NCBI RefSeq assembly: GCF_006345805.1
Contig: NC_043012.1
Span: 17,112,001-17,176,000, forward strand
Reading direction: 5' to 3'
DNA: 64,000 nt
Source of the DNA: Octopus sinensis
Lineage: Eukaryota
Shown here piece by piece: positions 62,183 through 64,000 of this stretch. Every line of letters begins with the position of its first letter. Position 1 is the first letter of the stretch. Position numbers and translations under genes: made by a program. The notes below the pieces were generated by a model that was not told the origin of the DNA, did no database searches, and was given only the letters and a program-made list of their open reading frames with translations.

Positions 62183-64000
62183 AGGATGTAGTTAATAATA
62201 GAGCGGCGAATTCGCAGAGGCGTTAGGGCGCCGGATAGAAATGGTTTGTAGTATTTGTTCTGGATAAATGTTTTCTGAGAGTTAAGAAATGTCTTTCTCC
62301 CACTCTCTCTACTCCTTCCCCTCCTCCCTCTCTGCTTCCCCTCCTCTCTGCTTCCTCATCCTCTTTCCGTTTACCCTCCTCCACCTTCTTCTCTTTCTCC
62401 ATCTCTCTGAATCGATTCTGTTGCGAAATTACAGCTTCCCTCTCTTTAGCAATGGAGGAAAGTTGAGCAAAAGGTTAGCAACCTTTTCTCATAGAATCAA
62501 AACAGCTTCTATGTTATATAAAACGGTCTAGAGAATGGAAATAAAGAAAAAGAAGTATTTTTTACAAGTGCAGATGGCAACTGTTGTCCACGTTCTCATC
62601 TGGTCTGTACTCTTCTCAAAACTGTTATTAAACCAAAAGAAATTATTTGTATTTAAATTATATTTCTTAACTCGTATTTATAGATGATACATAAATTGGA
62701 AACAAACAAGTATTTATATATACACTAATTCGAAGCAATCTACATAGTTTAGGGTTTCTCAAAAATTTTCTTCTTCAATTATTCTTTAACTTTAATCCGA
62801 AGGGAGCGAGTCATTAGATATTATAAGGAATTTCAACCGTGTTTCGTGATCTGCTACCACAACAGCTCCTTTATAGGATCCAGTTAGCTCAAGACCGTTT
62901 TGACGTGGCGCCTCCTGCCTTTCGGAGGTTTCTTCAGCTCTGGTGTTGGGTGCATGTCTTCTTTCTTCTGTTCCCTGGCCGCTTCGATGTAGCGTCAACG
63001 AGTGTCAGCGGGCGACTGACTGATTGTCAAATTTTTTTCCCTTTAAATTAAAGACGTAGAAAATAATTCTTTCTAATTTTGGCGTAAAAGCAGCATGCAC
63101 AACACTCACACACACACAACACACACACACATACCCATAAACACACAGATACACACACAAATGCACACGCATACACACATCTCAAAGTCACCTGGTCGGT
63201 AGAGGTGACAAGAGTTATAGGACGCCATATTATACAAAACCTCATTGCAATATTTTCAAGTTTACTTGTTTTCTGTTTAAGTACCGTCAAATTTGTTTCC
63301 TGCCAATGAGTGATCACTCGACGTGGTTACTAGGCTTACTAGAAATAATAACCAAATCTCCTTCAAATAATACCTTAGTCTTCACAAATACGGTATGATC
63401 ATGAGTGAATCAAATAAATCATAGCTCCACTGGATAGGGATAAGCGATGATATAGAAGTACAGAAAGATCTATAATAAAGACGAGTCTTTCTCGCCATTC
63501 ATAGTGATCGTGTTGGTTAACTGAAAACCAGCAATATAATGGAGTCTGTTTGATTGACTATAAGCATTATTCTACATAAGAGATTTAGGCATAACGAGAA
63601 AAATATCAATATTGCAAAATATAAGTTTGCATAAAGCATAAGCAATTTATAGAAAGCGCTTGGGATTTCAAATGTAAATAAAGGGAGATAAATTGCCGCT
63701 ATTTCATTATTGAAATGCCATGGGAATTCGTTACTGACTTCATACATGTCAGCTCCTGCCATACGTTCGGCGTCTGTAGACTTTGAAATTACAAACAAGT
63801 GTTAAGTAGAGTTGTCTGGTGTATTGTTTCTGCAATCTATTGTGATAGATTAGTTAAGAGGATGAGTGCAAACACACACACACACACACAGATACACACA
63901 TGTATACGTAATTTTGCGTGTGTAAGTGTGTAGCGTATTTGTGTGTGTGTGTGTGCGTGTATATATATATATATATGTTTATATATATATATATATATAT

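Noticed and set aside
63517-63798. 93-aa hydrophobic minus-strand ORF
   Set aside because: AT-rich composition readily yields such peptides; no in-frame donor or recognisable motif.

Overview
Eukaryotic, AT-rich, extremely microsatellite-dense genomic DNA. It is most consistent with an octopus (inference from the 5S rRNA copy, the tRNA-derived SINE families and the repeat landscape). Most of the window is intronic or intergenic. It holds three tRNA-headed SINE groups (about 35 copies or fragments), decayed Tc1/mariner, piggyBac-like and Helentron-like DNA elements, 3' fragments of RTE and L1/Tx1 LINEs, several Penelope-like element (PLE) remnants, one A-tailed 5S rRNA copy, and long (TA)n/(CA)n/(CATA)n/(TCTA)n/(CCTA)n tracts that create most of the listed ORFs. 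No host gene could be identified by name. A few short unique segments on the minus strand have splice-site-like flanks and compatible reading phases and may be exons of a long-intron gene (low confidence). Highlights: a 3.75-kb fold-back PLE (RT + GIY-YIG) with a variant hammerhead-like motif in both arms; a dispersed set of minimal type-I hammerhead motifs (one apparently intact, several with recurrent core variants); a SINE-head/5S/SINE composite; TSD-flanked SINE multimers; SINE 3'-tail swapping with a visible RTE partner; and an RTE insertion with a 42-bp 5' hairpin. All calls are by eye, with no database search.
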